DNA of 64,000 nucleotides. Origin: Patescibacteria group bacterium. GTDB lineage: Bacteria; Patescibacteriota; Microgenomatia; UBA1400; PJMF01. The first letter of the stretch is position 1, and each line of letters opens with the position of its first letter. A model generated the notes under the pieces. The model saw nothing but the letters and a program-made list of their open reading frames with translations, had not been told where the DNA came from and did not search any database. Both the position numbers and the translations under genes were made by a program. This document shows, in pieces, positions 52,148-62,381 of this stretch. The stretch lies in the NCBI GenBank assembly GCA_045541795.1, contig JAZQJV010000018.1:118236-182235 (forward strand), in the 5' to 3' direction.

Positions 52148-53842
52148 ATGCTCAAAGTTAACAAACACATCATCCAGCCAATGCTCTCCGGTAAAGATTT
52201 TACTGATGAGTTTCCGCGTAAACCGTACGGTCGCCCGCCCACTGTCCTCCTGATTCTTGATGGCTGGGGGATTGGCCCCAATAATGCCGGTAATGCAATT
52301 TCTTTGGGCAAAACACCCAACATGGATCTTTTTTGGTTATCATTTCCGCATACCCAACTAGCAGCTTCTGGTGAGGCCGTCGGCTTGCCTAAAGGTGAAG
52401 ACGGTAATAGTGAGACTGGGCACGTCAATATCGGTGCTGGCAATATCGTGTATCAGGATTTACCGCGGGTTAATATGTCGATTAATGATGGCAGTTTCCA
52501 GCGTAATACCGCTTTCCTAGGCGCTTTTGAGCACGTCAAAAAAAATAATTCTGCTCTCCACATTATGGGATTAGCCGGCAGCGGCGGAGTGCATGCCAAC
52601 CTCCAACACATGCTTACCTTAATCGAAATGGCGGCCGCTCACAATGTCCCACACGTGTACTTACATCTTTTTACTGACGGCCGTGATTCACCGCCCTATC
52701 AATCACCAGATATTATCCAGACTGTGCTCAATAAATGCCAGCAGGTAGGTAAAGGTGAAATTGTCTCGGTGATGGGTCGTTTTTACGCTATGGATCGTGA
52801 TTTACGCTGGGATCGGGTAGAAGCTGCATATGACTGCCTTACCTCTGGCATCGGCGAAAAGGCCAACGATCCTTTTGCCGCTATCAATCTCGAACATCAA
52901 AAAGGCAATACTGATGAGTTCGTCACTCCTACCAATATTCTTGACAGCGAGGGTAAGCTCATTACCATCACTGACAACGACGCCGTCATTTTCACCAATT
53001 ACCGTATTGACCGGCCGCGCGAACTCACACGTGCTTTTGTGTTGCAAGAATTTGGTGAGCAGACAGTGAGTTTTGATCCTTATGCTGAAAAGTACGAAAA
53101 AACCAATCTTCACCAAAACCAGGTCTCCGTCGCCTTCCCTCGCAAACGCTATCTGCAAAATCTGTATTTCGTCACGATGACGCGTTATGAGGATAACTTG
53201 CCAGTGGTAGAAGCATTTCCGCCTCAGCCCGTCAAAATGCCTATTGGTCGCATTTTTGCAGAAAACGGTCTCAAGCAATTACGCGTGAGTGAGACGGAAA
53301 AAGAACGTTTTGTCACTTACTACATGAATGGCCAGAAAGAATTCATTTACCCGGGTGAAGATCGCGTAATCCTGCCCTCCAAAGGTGAGCGATCTTATGA
53401 TCTCGTGCCAGAAATGAGCGCTTTTGAAATCACTGATGAAGTTTGCAGTCGTGTCACTCAGTCAGATTACGATGTGATCGTCATTAATATTGCTAATGGC
53501 GACATGGTCGGGCATACCGGCAATCTTCAAGCCGGCATTAAGGCCTGTGAATACGTGGATGAGTGCGTCGGGCGCATTGCCAAAGCAGTTTACCAAAAAG
53601 GCGGCAATCTCATCATCACTGCCGATCACGGCAACGTGGAAGAAATGATTGACATGAACACTGGCAACATGGATACCGAGCACTCCACTTTCCCAGTGCC
53701 TTTCATCGTGATCTCGCCGCAATTTTTTAATCAATCTCGCACCCTGCCCTCCGGCGTATTGGCCGATATTGCTCCCACTATGCTAGCGCTTATGGGCATT
53801 CCTCAACCCGTCTCTATGACCGGTCGCAATCTGCTGCAATAA
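52148..53842 (+). CDS. gpmI: 2,3-bisphosphoglycerate-independent phosphoglycerate mutase
   Basis: LLILDGWG, NSETGHVNIGAG, FTDGRDS, NGDMVGHTG, TADHGN. Confidence 0.9.
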   Translation: MLKVNKHIIQPMLSGKDFTDEFPRKPYGRPPTVLLILDGWGIGPNNAGNAISLGKTPNMDLFWLSFPHTQLAASGEAVGLPKGEDGNSETGHVNIGAGNIVYQDLPRVNMSINDGSFQRNTAFLGAFEHVKKNNSALHIMGLAGSGGVHANLQHMLTLIEMAAAHNVPHVYLHLFTDGRDSPPYQSPDIIQTVLNKCQQVGKGEIVSVMGRFYAMDRDLRWDRVEAAYDCLTSGIGEKANDPFAAINLEHQKGNTDEFVTPTNILDSEGKLITITDNDAVIFTNYRIDRPRELTRAFVLQEFGEQTVSFDPYAEKYEKTNLHQNQVSVAFPRKRYLQNLYFVTMTRYEDNLPVVEAFPPQPVKMPIGRIFAENGLKQLRVSETEKERFVTYYMNGQKEFIYPGEDRVILPSKGERSYDLVPEMSAFEITDEVCSRVTQSDYDVIVINIANGDMVGHTGNLQAGIKACEYVDECVGRIAKAVYQKGGNLIITADHGNVEEMIDMNTGNMDTEHSTFPVPFIVISPQFFNQSRTLPSGVLADIAPTMLALMGIPQPVSMTGRNLLQ

Positions 53843-53916
53843 GTCCAGTGACTACAGCTGAGAAGGTTTCCGGTCACAAGCCACTGCTTACGACTGCATG
53901 ATCGTAATATCAGTGC

Positions 53917-55734
53917 TTATATTTTTTTGAGTAAAGCCACGCCTTCTATATTATCCAGCCGAAATTCCCCAGTGTCATTGTCACGCTCGCCGTGCCAGTG
54001 ACTGAGCAAAACGTGCGCCTCCCAGCCGTCGAGATTTACTTTCCAGCTGGCGCCCGCACCATCTTGGAAATGTTCCAGGCCGTGCGGCTTGAGCTTTGTA
54101 AGCACCGCGCCAAAGTTTTCGCTGTCGCCGCAACCGTAAACGTACTGACTACTTTCAGCATTTGTAAGCTCACACTGCGTATTCAACTCGGCCACCAGCG
54201 GCGTCACGTCCAAAGTTAACTGCGCACTCGGACTGGCCAAAAGTAATACACCCACCTTGTCGTCTAGCGGAGTTTCACTTTCACTCCAGCGCCACGTCCA
54301 CGTCTCACCATTCCAATTTACACTTTGCATTTCATTATTGACACTCACGAGCAGATCATAATCACTCACATCTGGGTAAAACCGCAACAGCGATGTCAAA
54401 TTGCCGTAAAAGTGGACCACTTGCGCCGCCGGCTTATCATTATCTTCGCGCGTCGGGCCAGTATAATAATGCCGGTGCGGATAAAGCTCGGCCAACCACG
54501 CGTCCGCATGCAGACTTTTTTGCGACCATGCTACCACGACGGGACTAAGTAAGCATATACTCAAGGCGATCAAAGCGGTGCTCAGTAAAATGCCTATAGT
54601 CTGGCGCCGCCACCACAAATACAAAGTTGTTAAGACCCAGATTACTCCTGCTACCACCAAAAACCGCGGCTGTGTCCAGCCAAAAGCACTTATCCGAGTC
54701 CCAATCCCCCAAATCACTAAAGCCATTAATGGCACTAAGCTTACAGCCAAAATTTTGGCAAAAGTATCAGCCAAGCTTTTGCTATTTTTGCGCATGCAAT
54801 CGGTCAATATCAGCCATAGACCAGCGCCAATAGCAAACCACAACGCTAGATGTGTCATCCCGTACTCCGGCCATTGCCGGATCAGAGCCTGCTTGATTAA
54901 GTATACATATAAAATCACGTCATACAAAGCCAAAAGCGGCCCGGCCAAATAAATCCCGCAAATCCGCCAAAATTTATTCACGCGCCAGGACTCTAAATCA
55001 AAATCTTTCTCCGGCCACACCAAAAGCAGTGCTAAGCTCGGCCAGATCAACTCGCATCCTGTCAGCCACATGAGTGTCCAGTCCCATACGTGCTTCACGT
55101 CAAATAATACTTCCAAAAGGCCCAAAGCCAAAAGCACACCGATAAAAACGATGCTGCCAAAAACATACGCCAACGCTGCCTGATGTATAAAATACAGCCC
55201 TAGTTTGCCTAGCAGGCGTGGCTTTTTTACAGCCAACAACAAGTGATACCAGGCAGCGCACGCGAGCATTATCAACATACATATCCCGCCTGTCACTACG
55301 ATTCCTTCCCACCAATCCATGAGGTCTGCCGGCGGGTTTAAATCGCGCAAGTATCTAAGCAGTCCACCGCTGGCACGCTCCAAGATTAGTCCGCCCGTTA
55401 GCGCTAGTGTCGTTACCAAGCACGCCGGTGGGATTCTTCCCAAAAACTTCGGCAAACGGCAATTATCCTGTTGCAAGTAAGTCCTCGCAGTCAAGGCCAA
55501 AAGCCAGCTCCAAGTTAAAAAGTTCAACCAGATTACCAATGTCTCCACGGCGGGTTCTACCCACTCTGGCTGCGGATAATTTAAGACCTCGGTCAAATAA
55601 ACAATCGCCAAAATCACACCACTCCAAGCCGCCCACAGCATCACGGTCTCTGGCATCCGCCGGAAAAGTCGCAGCCAAGCCTGCCGCACGCGAGCGGAAA
55701 AATCATGAATAAAACCAGCAACTCTATTTGTCAT
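53917..55734 (-). CDS. large polytopic membrane protein with an extracytoplasmic C-terminal domain, unknown function
   Basis: 605-aa ORF with about 10 TM stretches. It is translationally coupled to the flippase gene (TGATG overlap). Confidence 0.6.
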   Translation of the reverse strand: MTNRVAGFIHDFSARVRQAWLRLFRRMPETVMLWAAWSGVILAIVYLTEVLNYPQPEWVEPAVETLVIWLNFLTWSWLLALTARTYLQQDNCRLPKFLGRIPPACLVTTLALTGGLILERASGGLLRYLRDLNPPADLMDWWEGIVVTGGICMLIMLACAAWYHLLLAVKKPRLLGKLGLYFIHQAALAYVFGSIVFIGVLLALGLLEVLFDVKHVWDWTLMWLTGCELIWPSLALLLVWPEKDFDLESWRVNKFWRICGIYLAGPLLALYDVILYVYLIKQALIRQWPEYGMTHLALWFAIGAGLWLILTDCMRKNSKSLADTFAKILAVSLVPLMALVIWGIGTRISAFGWTQPRFLVVAGVIWVLTTLYLWWRRQTIGILLSTALIALSICLLSPVVVAWSQKSLHADAWLAELYPHRHYYTGPTREDNDKPAAQVVHFYGNLTSLLRFYPDVSDYDLLVSVNNEMQSVNWNGETWTWRWSESETPLDDKVGVLLLASPSAQLTLDVTPLVAELNTQCELTNAESSQYVYGCGDSENFGAVLTKLKPHGLEHFQDGAGASWKVNLDGWEAHVLLSHWHGERDNDTGEFRLDNIEGVALLKKI

Positions 55735-56981
55735 CAGTTAATTATATCACTTATCACTGCCTTTGTGCTGCCCGATACCGGCGAGTTTTTACTTTTCGTC
55801 ATTTGGGCCACCAAGCAGACATTCATCAATACAAGCAGTCCCTCTCCGCCTACCATTGCCCACACGCCGCCCGAGATCCCCAAGCGCGGCACTAGCAAAT
55901 AATTAAGGCACAAATTAAAAACCGTCGAGCCTAACAAAAACGGTACGTAACGGGCGACCCCGTCACTGCTTTGCAGCACGGTATTTAGTGGAGCGTTAAA
56001 AAAGAACAAAATCACCACCACGCCAAACAGCCGCAAAATCTTGGCCGCTGGAGCGTATGCCTCACCCAAAAGTCCCGTCGTCAAAAAATTGGCGCCCAGC
56101 GCCATTCCTCCCGCCACCACAAAGCCCAGCCCACACATCACTGCGACCATTTTCGCAATTTGCAGCCTAGAAAGTCCTCCTTTTTTTGCCGCCAGCGGGA
56201 AAAGATTATGGAAAAGCGCCTGCGGGAGCAAGTTAAACGCATCCAAATATCGGTACGCCGCCGAATAAATTCCCAGACTGCTACTCGCCAAAAACCGGTT
56301 GATGATCAGCTGATCCGCCCGCGAGTAAATTACGCCCAAACTGTCAATTGCCGCATACGGCCAACTAGACCACCAGTTGATCCGTCCACTCTGCTTGTAA
56401 TGCTTGAGGCTGCGCCAACAAACCGTCACGGGGAAGTACCACGGTATCATGATCAGCCACGTCAGTAAATAAGCCAGATAAAACTTCCCGCTATCATCCG
56501 GTGTGCGGATAAAAAACAAACTCCCAAAAAGCAGCACGTTGCGGACAATCAGCTTGACACCCAGCATAAAACTGCGCTCATGACTCAAGTAATAAGCATC
56601 CGCCACCGTCACCAAGGCTTCAATTGCCAGACTGCCCAAAAAAAACGGCCAGACGCCAGCTTGCAGCCAGCCAAAATGCTGCTCAGCCACCATAAAAATC
56701 ACCGCCGAGCAGACCAGCAGCAGTCCCCGCCAAGCGGTCAGCCGCCCCAATAGTCCCGGCGTTTTGGCGAGGGCTGTTTGTTTGAGGTACCAGTTTTTGA
56801 CGCCCAAGTCCCCAATCGTCGTCACCAGCTGGATGAGCGTCACAAAAAGCATGATTTGTCCAAATTTTTCCGGCAAGACTGCCCGCGCAATGATCATAAA
56901 ATACACCGCCGAAAGCAGCTTGCCGCCCACCAAAAGTCCAAAATAAATGAGTGATTTTCCCAGTAGTCGGCGCAACATCAA
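55734..56981 (-). CDS. Wzx-like oligosaccharide flippase (polysaccharide biosynthesis protein family)
   Basis: 415 aa, about 12 TM, with an N-terminal K..........GGKLLSAVYFMIIAR.L....FG pattern. Confidence 0.7.
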   Translation of the reverse strand: MMLRRLLGKSLIYFGLLVGGKLLSAVYFMIIARAVLPEKFGQIMLFVTLIQLVTTIGDLGVKNWYLKQTALAKTPGLLGRLTAWRGLLLVCSAVIFMVAEQHFGWLQAGVWPFFLGSLAIEALVTVADAYYLSHERSFMLGVKLIVRNVLLFGSLFFIRTPDDSGKFYLAYLLTWLIMIPWYFPVTVCWRSLKHYKQSGRINWWSSWPYAAIDSLGVIYSRADQLIINRFLASSSLGIYSAAYRYLDAFNLLPQALFHNLFPLAAKKGGLSRLQIAKMVAVMCGLGFVVAGGMALGANFLTTGLLGEAYAPAAKILRLFGVVVILFFFNAPLNTVLQSSDGVARYVPFLLGSTVFNLCLNYLLVPRLGISGGVWAMVGGEGLLVLMNVCLVAQMTKSKNSPVSGSTKAVISDIIN

Positions 56982-57904
56982 GCCCTCCGGTACTCAGCCC
57001 ACAAATCCTCAGGATACACGCCGTCGGCGATCAGCTGCTTGATCGCACCCACCGTAGTCTGCTTATCGGCCGCATACGTCACGCCAAACCAGCGCTCATG
57101 AGTCGGTAACATCTGCATCTGCGCGATCCCAGCCTGGATCAAATCATTGACCACATTGGGAGTAAAAAATTCTCGGCTTTCATCGTGGCCGTACTGGGTC
57201 AAAAACGCCAGCAGCCCTTCATCTAAGTAGCTAAAAATATCCGGTGTAAAAGCGAAAAGTATCATGGATACCGGCCGATCAGGCGCGATCTCATGATCGA
57301 CGCCTTGCTTGTCTCGGCTCACGATTTTCCCGTCACACCAGCCGATCTTGGTGTGCTCGTGGATAGACGTCACCAGGCCCGCCTCATTGGTTTTTAGCAA
57401 TCCGCGCGCCACCCAACCGTTGGCAGAAAGCGTCTTGCTGATCTGGTAGCCGACGACTCCATATCGCTTGCGGCTATCCGCCGGTAAGCTGTCTATCCAC
57501 TCGGCCGCTTGGAGGAAAGCCCCCCGGCCGTAAAAATCGTCAGCGCTGATCACCGCAAACGGTTCCTGGATCGTTTTTCTGGCCGTCCAGACGGCATGAC
57601 CAGTACCCCAGGGCTTAGTCCGTCCCGGCGGAGCGCTAAAGCCCTCCGGCAAATCTGTCATTTCTTGATTTAAATATATAAGTTCTGCCTGCGCCTGTGC
57701 CCCAGTAGCGGCAAAATGCGCCTGAAAATCAGCGGCAAATTCCTGGCGGATCACAAACACCACGCGCTCAAATCCCGCCTGAAGCGCATCATACACCGAA
57801 TAATCTATCAGGTACTGTCCGCCCGGCCCCACACAGTCAATTTGCTTGAGCCCGCCATAGCGCGAACCCATCCCTGCTGCCATGATCAAAAGCGTTTTGC
57901 GCAT
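56978..57904 (-). CDS. sugar-phosphate nucleotidyltransferase
   Basis: LLIMAAGMGSRYGGLKQ (G-x-G-t-R-l signature variant). The start is moved to the ATG at 57904, 7 nt after TGgTATAAT on the minus strand. Confidence 0.7.
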   Translation of the reverse strand: MRKTLLIMAAGMGSRYGGLKQIDCVGPGGQYLIDYSVYDALQAGFERVVFVIRQEFAADFQAHFAATGAQAQAELIYLNQEMTDLPEGFSAPPGRTKPWGTGHAVWTARKTIQEPFAVISADDFYGRGAFLQAAEWIDSLPADSRKRYGVVGYQISKTLSANGWVARGLLKTNEAGLVTSIHEHTKIGWCDGKIVSRDKQGVDHEIAPDRPVSMILFAFTPDIFSYLDEGLLAFLTQYGHDESREFFTPNVVNDLIQAGIAQMQMLPTHERWFGVTYAADKQTTVGAIKQLIADGVYPEDLWAEYRRA

Positions 57905-57959
57905 ATGCGTTATTATACCATACAAAAAGCTGTCTGCATCGGTAAAATTCACCCAGGCA

Positions 57960-58000
57960 AAAATTGCCTCTTGACAAATGACCCATAATGTGATATAATA
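57960..58000 (+). repeat. duplicated consensus promoter, copy A (TTGACA 57971-57976, 17 nt, TATAAT 57994-57999)
   Basis: 41 nt match 61687-61727 with 2 mismatches. It points into the 3' end of the minus-strand glycogen operon. Confidence 0.7.
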
Positions 58001-58049
58001 TAAGATATTATGATAGAAAAAAGAATAAAGAAAAATAATTATTATAGGT

Positions 58050-59090
58050 TTAGACAAAAACTGCCCACTGCTTGGGGTTTTGCCCGGCCACAATCTGACA
58101 GCTAATTTCCAGCGCTCCGTAAACTGGGGATTTTTCCGGGATGATGAGCACGGCTGGCAGTCCTGAGTCTGCTATCATTTTGGCAAATTCCTCCCGCCAG
58201 CAAAGCAAGAAACTCCCGCCCGCCACCAAGTCAAATTGCGTCTCCGCCAGCCCCAATTTGTAAGCCAACGCCTGCACATGAGTGAACAATTGCCCCAGAC
58301 AATAATTGACGATGTGGATGGCTACCTGGTCACCAGCTAGGGCCTGCGTACTGCATACCTTAGCCAAAGCCGCGATCTCATCTTTGCCCGGGACACGGCT
58401 ATATATGACGTCTTTAAGCTCTGCCAAATTGTCCACTTCAAAATGCCGTAAAACTGGTTTTGTCAGCGTTGTCTCCATGCCGCGCCCATCGAGTGCTCGT
58501 GCCACCGCGCGCAAAGTCAGTCTACCGGCGTCAAAGCCGCTGCCTTCGTCACTCAAAAGGTAATCCAGTCCGCCCATGCGCGACCATTGACCCTCACTGC
58601 TCACGCCGATACAATTACTGCCCGTCCCGCCGATAATTACCATTGCTGGCCGCTTGCTGGTCCCGGCTGTCAGCGCCGCCACCGCGTCATTAATGATCAC
58701 GATTTTTTTAATTGGCCACTCACGCAAGGTCTCGCCCAAAACTTGCTCTGCTCGCCGCAGATCCTGCTTGGTATCCAGCCCCGCAGTCGCGATCACCGCT
58801 AATTCTATTTCTTCATCCAGTGTCTGCTGGACAAACAACGCTGGTGGCACTTGATCGCTGTCGGTGTTTGTCGCTTCTTTTTGTAAAAGTTGACGCACGC
58901 CTTCGCGCGCATTATAGCCGGCCACGCCTACGCTTACCGCTGATACATTGACACTACCACCACTGACAATTTTTTCTATCCTGCCGCTGGCGTCTGCGAG
59001 TAAGTATTCCGATCGGCTCGCGCCGCCATCTATAGCAATGATCTTGCCGCTCACGCGCACCTTTCTTGCAGATCTGCCAGTACGATACAA
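58050..59090 (-). CDS. BadF/BadG/BcrA/BcrD-type ATPase (N-acetylglucosamine/hexose kinase-like)
   Basis: IIAIDGGASRSEYLL and VIIGGTGSNC. The true start may be the GTG at 59054, which forms a GTGA overlap with the upstream stop. Confidence 0.75.
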   Translation of the reverse strand: MYRTGRSARKVRVSGKIIAIDGGASRSEYLLADASGRIEKIVSGGSVNVSAVSVGVAGYNAREGVRQLLQKEATNTDSDQVPPALFVQQTLDEEIELAVIATAGLDTKQDLRRAEQVLGETLREWPIKKIVIINDAVAALTAGTSKRPAMVIIGGTGSNCIGVSSEGQWSRMGGLDYLLSDEGSGFDAGRLTLRAVARALDGRGMETTLTKPVLRHFEVDNLAELKDVIYSRVPGKDEIAALAKVCSTQALAGDQVAIHIVNYCLGQLFTHVQALAYKLGLAETQFDLVAGGSFLLCWREEFAKMIADSGLPAVLIIPEKSPVYGALEISCQIVAGQNPKQWAVFV

Positions 59091-60274
59091 TAGCGCCGGT
59101 AAGCCTCATACGGCGAATCATAAGCACTAAAGTAAGCGTGCACATCACCGTCAGCAAAGTATTTGGTGCACATATAATAAAAATGATCACTCGTCTGCAA
59201 ACGACGCCAGTCAGTCAGCAAACGCTCATCTTTTTTGCGCCACACCGCTTTTTCTAAGTCATAAATTTTCCGGAGGGTGTCCCATTGCAAATCATTTGAC
59301 CGCCACGCGGATAAGTCGCGGTCTTCATCTGCCCACGAGATCGGCTCATCCACATTATAAACTGGTAAAGTTTTCACCCACGCTGCCCAGTCTTTTTTGG
59401 TCCGGTATTTTTTGGGCGTCAGTTCATCGCGCGGATTGACGAAATTAATGTGCTCATCATTGCAGCCCAGCTCTACAAACTTTTCAAAAAAAGGAAAGAT
59501 ACCCGTGCTCGCCCACTGATGTTCGCCAAAAGTTTCAAAGTCCATGAAAAGATTAATAATTTCTTCATCGCGGTAGTCATGTAGCCAACGGCAATATTTG
59601 TCTGCGGTCAATGGCCACTCACTCCAGCTTTTTTGCGAAAAACGGAAAGCAATATCATCACTTAAAGGAGCATGCTTGAGCAACATCGGCAGTGCTGGGT
59701 CGCAATTTGCCCGGTAAACCTGTGTTTTTGGCCGGCCGGCCATTAGCCTGTCCACTCCTTCCACCAAAATCCCGCGGAAACCCAAATTAGCCACCTGCCA
59801 GCCGATATAATTACTGTAAATCATTTCGGTATTGCGGAAAACCACCGGTTTGACGTCAAAGAGTTCCCGCAGTAAATCCTTGTGCATTTTTACCTGACGT
59901 TTAAATTCCGTCTCTGAGTAAAGCGCTGACAAAGAGTGATAATAGTTTTCGCCCACAATTTCTACTTGACCGCGATGCTGGCTCAAGCGATAAAGCAAAT
60001 CCAAAACGTCCTGACCCCAAGCTTGACATTGCTCCAAAAATACTCCCGAGCACGAAAACGCAAATTTAAAATCCGGATATTTTTCCACTAGTTTTAAAAG
60101 TAAGCCCAGCATCGGCCGGTAGCTTTTTTCGGCCACCTTCAAAAAGACCTCATGATTTTGGTCGCGGCAATCATCACAAAAATAACGATGCCGCTCATCC
60201 CCGAGATCCGTCACCGCAAAATTTGTCAACCGGTAAGGCTGATGGAGCAAAAAATAAAAACAAACTTTCGGCAT
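59051..60274 (-). CDS. glycoside hydrolase family 57 protein
   Basis: N-terminal FYFLLHQPYR, with size and Trp-rich pattern typical of GH57 amylase/branching enzymes. Confidence 0.75.
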   Translation of the reverse strand: MPKVCFYFLLHQPYRLTNFAVTDLGDERHRYFCDDCRDQNHEVFLKVAEKSYRPMLGLLLKLVEKYPDFKFAFSCSGVFLEQCQAWGQDVLDLLYRLSQHRGQVEIVGENYYHSLSALYSETEFKRQVKMHKDLLRELFDVKPVVFRNTEMIYSNYIGWQVANLGFRGILVEGVDRLMAGRPKTQVYRANCDPALPMLLKHAPLSDDIAFRFSQKSWSEWPLTADKYCRWLHDYRDEEIINLFMDFETFGEHQWASTGIFPFFEKFVELGCNDEHINFVNPRDELTPKKYRTKKDWAAWVKTLPVYNVDEPISWADEDRDLSAWRSNDLQWDTLRKIYDLEKAVWRKKDERLLTDWRRLQTSDHFYYMCTKYFADGDVHAYFSAYDSPYEAYRRYCIVLADLQERCA

Positions 60275-61557
60275 TAACTCGTTTTCCTTTTTTTGGTCGT
60301 CACCTTACGTTTACGGGATGTTTTTTTCTTAGCGTCACTGGCCACTTTTTGATATACTTTTTCAATTTTGGCCGCCGACTTTTTCCAGGTGTTTTGGTCT
60401 AGGTGCGCCAACTGATCGCTCACTACTTGTTCGCGGTAAGCGTGATCATTGATCAAATGTAACACTTCCGCCGCCATCGCGTCTACGTCCCAAAAATCAA
60501 ATTTCGGGCTGCCGGTCATCACTTCTACCACTCCAGAATTTTTGGAAGCAATCACCGGCGTGTGTGCCATGGCCGCCTCCGCCGCCGACAGCCCAAAAGG
60601 CTCACTTACACTCGGCATCACAAACACATCCGCTCGCCGCAAAATTGCTTGCTGCGCTCCGCCGCGCACAAATCCCGAAAACAGCAAATTGGCAGACAAA
60701 GATTTACTGGCGGTGCTCAAAAGTAAATGCTGGTACATGTCGCCCATGCCCGAAACAATAAACAAGATGTCTGGCCGCACCGTCATCAGTTTTTCGGCCA
60801 ACTGTACGAAGTAATCCGGGCCTTTTTGCATCGTCAGCCGCCCCATGAACACCACTACCGGCCGGCCGGTGGCAAATACTTTCTCGCCGCCGCTCATTTT
60901 TTGTAAGAAACGCACCACGCCGTTGTGCACTACGTCGATTTTGCAAGGATCAATCCCGTACTGCTCTACCAACACCCGTTTGGTGTAATAGCTCACGGCT
61001 AACACTCTGTCGGCCAGCCGCATTCCGGTCACCTCACACTGTCCGATATAAGTAGCTAAGTCTGCTCCACCACTGCGGTCATATTCGGTAGAATGGATAT
61101 GAGCAATGAAAGGCTTGCCGAGTTTTTGTTTGATCCGGATCGCCGCTGGCATACTCATCCAGTCGTGGGCATGCACCACATCAAACTCATCAATGTGGGC
61201 CAGGGCATAATCAAAAACTTTGGCCGCGTATTCTTCTACTCGGTCTTCCATCCATGATCCCGGGCGCGGGCAAAATTCAGTCTCAGCACTATCGGTATTT
61301 TTGCTATTGGCGTAAGCATTAAAAGGCGGGCGAGAATTTGAGTCTTCCGGCAAGAAATCAGCCCAACTACTATTATAACAGTCCACCACATCGATGTTTT
61401 CCGGCACATCCTGGGCGATGTAGGGCAGAGTAAACTTTACGCTCACACCATCAGCATGCAGCGCTTGTGCCATCTGCGCACAGGCAGTGCCCAAACCGCC
61501 ACTATTGTGTGGTGGTAACTCCCAGCCGATCATTAATACTCTTGGTTTTTCTTGCAC
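60274..61557 (-). CDS. glycogen/starch synthase-like GT-B glycosyltransferase
   Basis: VLMIGWELPPHNSGGLGTA...HAHDW...; C-terminal SEPFGLSAAEAAMAHTPVIAS. Confidence 0.75.
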   Translation of the reverse strand: MQEKPRVLMIGWELPPHNSGGLGTACAQMAQALHADGVSVKFTLPYIAQDVPENIDVVDCYNSSWADFLPEDSNSRPPFNAYANSKNTDSAETEFCPRPGSWMEDRVEEYAAKVFDYALAHIDEFDVVHAHDWMSMPAAIRIKQKLGKPFIAHIHSTEYDRSGGADLATYIGQCEVTGMRLADRVLAVSYYTKRVLVEQYGIDPCKIDVVHNGVVRFLQKMSGGEKVFATGRPVVVFMGRLTMQKGPDYFVQLAEKLMTVRPDILFIVSGMGDMYQHLLLSTASKSLSANLLFSGFVRGGAQQAILRRADVFVMPSVSEPFGLSAAEAAMAHTPVIASKNSGVVEVMTGSPKFDFWDVDAMAAEVLHLINDHAYREQVVSDQLAHLDQNTWKKSAAKIEKVYQKVASDAKKKTSRKRKVTTKKRKTS

Positions 61558-61686
61558 GGACTTATGTTATCACGAATTGGGATGTCCTGCAAGTAGATAT
61601 TTTATACTCATAAGGGGTCAGATTTTTATAGGTCCTAAACTTAAAATATTATAGGGTATGCAAATTTAGGCCTATAATATTAAATC

Positions 61687-61727
61687 AAAATTGACTCTTG
61701 ACAAATGACCCATAATGTGGTATAATA
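61687..61727 (+). repeat. duplicated consensus promoter, copy B (TTGACA 61698-61703, 17 nt, TATAAT 61721-61726)
   Basis: See copy A. It is followed by a 27-codon sORF (61735-61818) and by a second promoter (TTGACA 61805-61810, TGgTAAAAT 61824-61832). Confidence 0.7.
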
Positions 61728-61839
61728 GGTAATTATGAAAGGTAAACAGGTGATAAAAAACAGTCAAAAATACTCGCGAATGTGGTCGGCGTGGATTTTG
61801 GGGGTTGACAATATGTGAATTGATGGTAAAATGCACACC

Positions 61840-62334
61840 ATGGAAGAAAGATATACACCCATCATTACAATTAGCGTCGTGATTGCAGCTTTGTTTGCGA
61901 CTTTGGTCTTTGTCCGGCTACATCGTACCCCGCTCGCCACCCCAGAGACATATAATGAAGTTTCACCCAGTGCTGAGCTGGCATTAGATTTTAATGCTCA
62001 CCGTCATTATATCTTTAGTCGTGACGACTGCATCCACTGTCAAAACCTAGAAAGCTACCTTGATAGTCATGAAGGCAGCCGTTCTCGTCTCGACATCGAG
62101 ATAGCCAATCTCTCTCAAACGGCCACTGCCAACTACTTCTATAATAAAGCCGTGGAATTTAGTGAAGTTTGCGGCCAGGATTCCAGCCAGTTGGGTACAC
62201 CGTTCCTCTATATCAATGATGAGAGTGTGCCCATGAGTGAACGTTGCATCGCTGGCGATACGCCGATCATGGCTTACTTTGACGGTTTGCTCGCGCCAGA
62301 GACAGCCAGTATGCCTGCTGCCGATAATCAATGA
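61840..62334 (+). CDS. membrane-anchored thioredoxin/glutaredoxin-fold-like protein (CxxC)
   Basis: IFSRDDCIHCQNLESYL. The ATG at 61840 lies 7 nt after TAAAAT. The track start at 61831 overlaps the -10 box. Confidence 0.5.
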   Translation: MEERYTPIITISVVIAALFATLVFVRLHRTPLATPETYNEVSPSAELALDFNAHRHYIFSRDDCIHCQNLESYLDSHEGSRSRLDIEIANLSQTATANYFYNKAVEFSEVCGQDSSQLGTPFLYINDESVPMSERCIAGDTPIMAYFDGLLAPETASMPAADNQ

Positions 62335-62381
62335 CTATTAGTGAATTAGCCGTGGTAAGTAGTGAGTAGAAATGGGGTTTT

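Noticed and set aside
57905-58093. N-terminal extension of the nucleotidyltransferase ORF (371-aa model)
   Set aside because: The extension covers an AT-rich region containing promoters on both strands. The conserved G-rich nucleotide-binding motif begins right after the ATG at 57904, which has leaderless -10 geometry.
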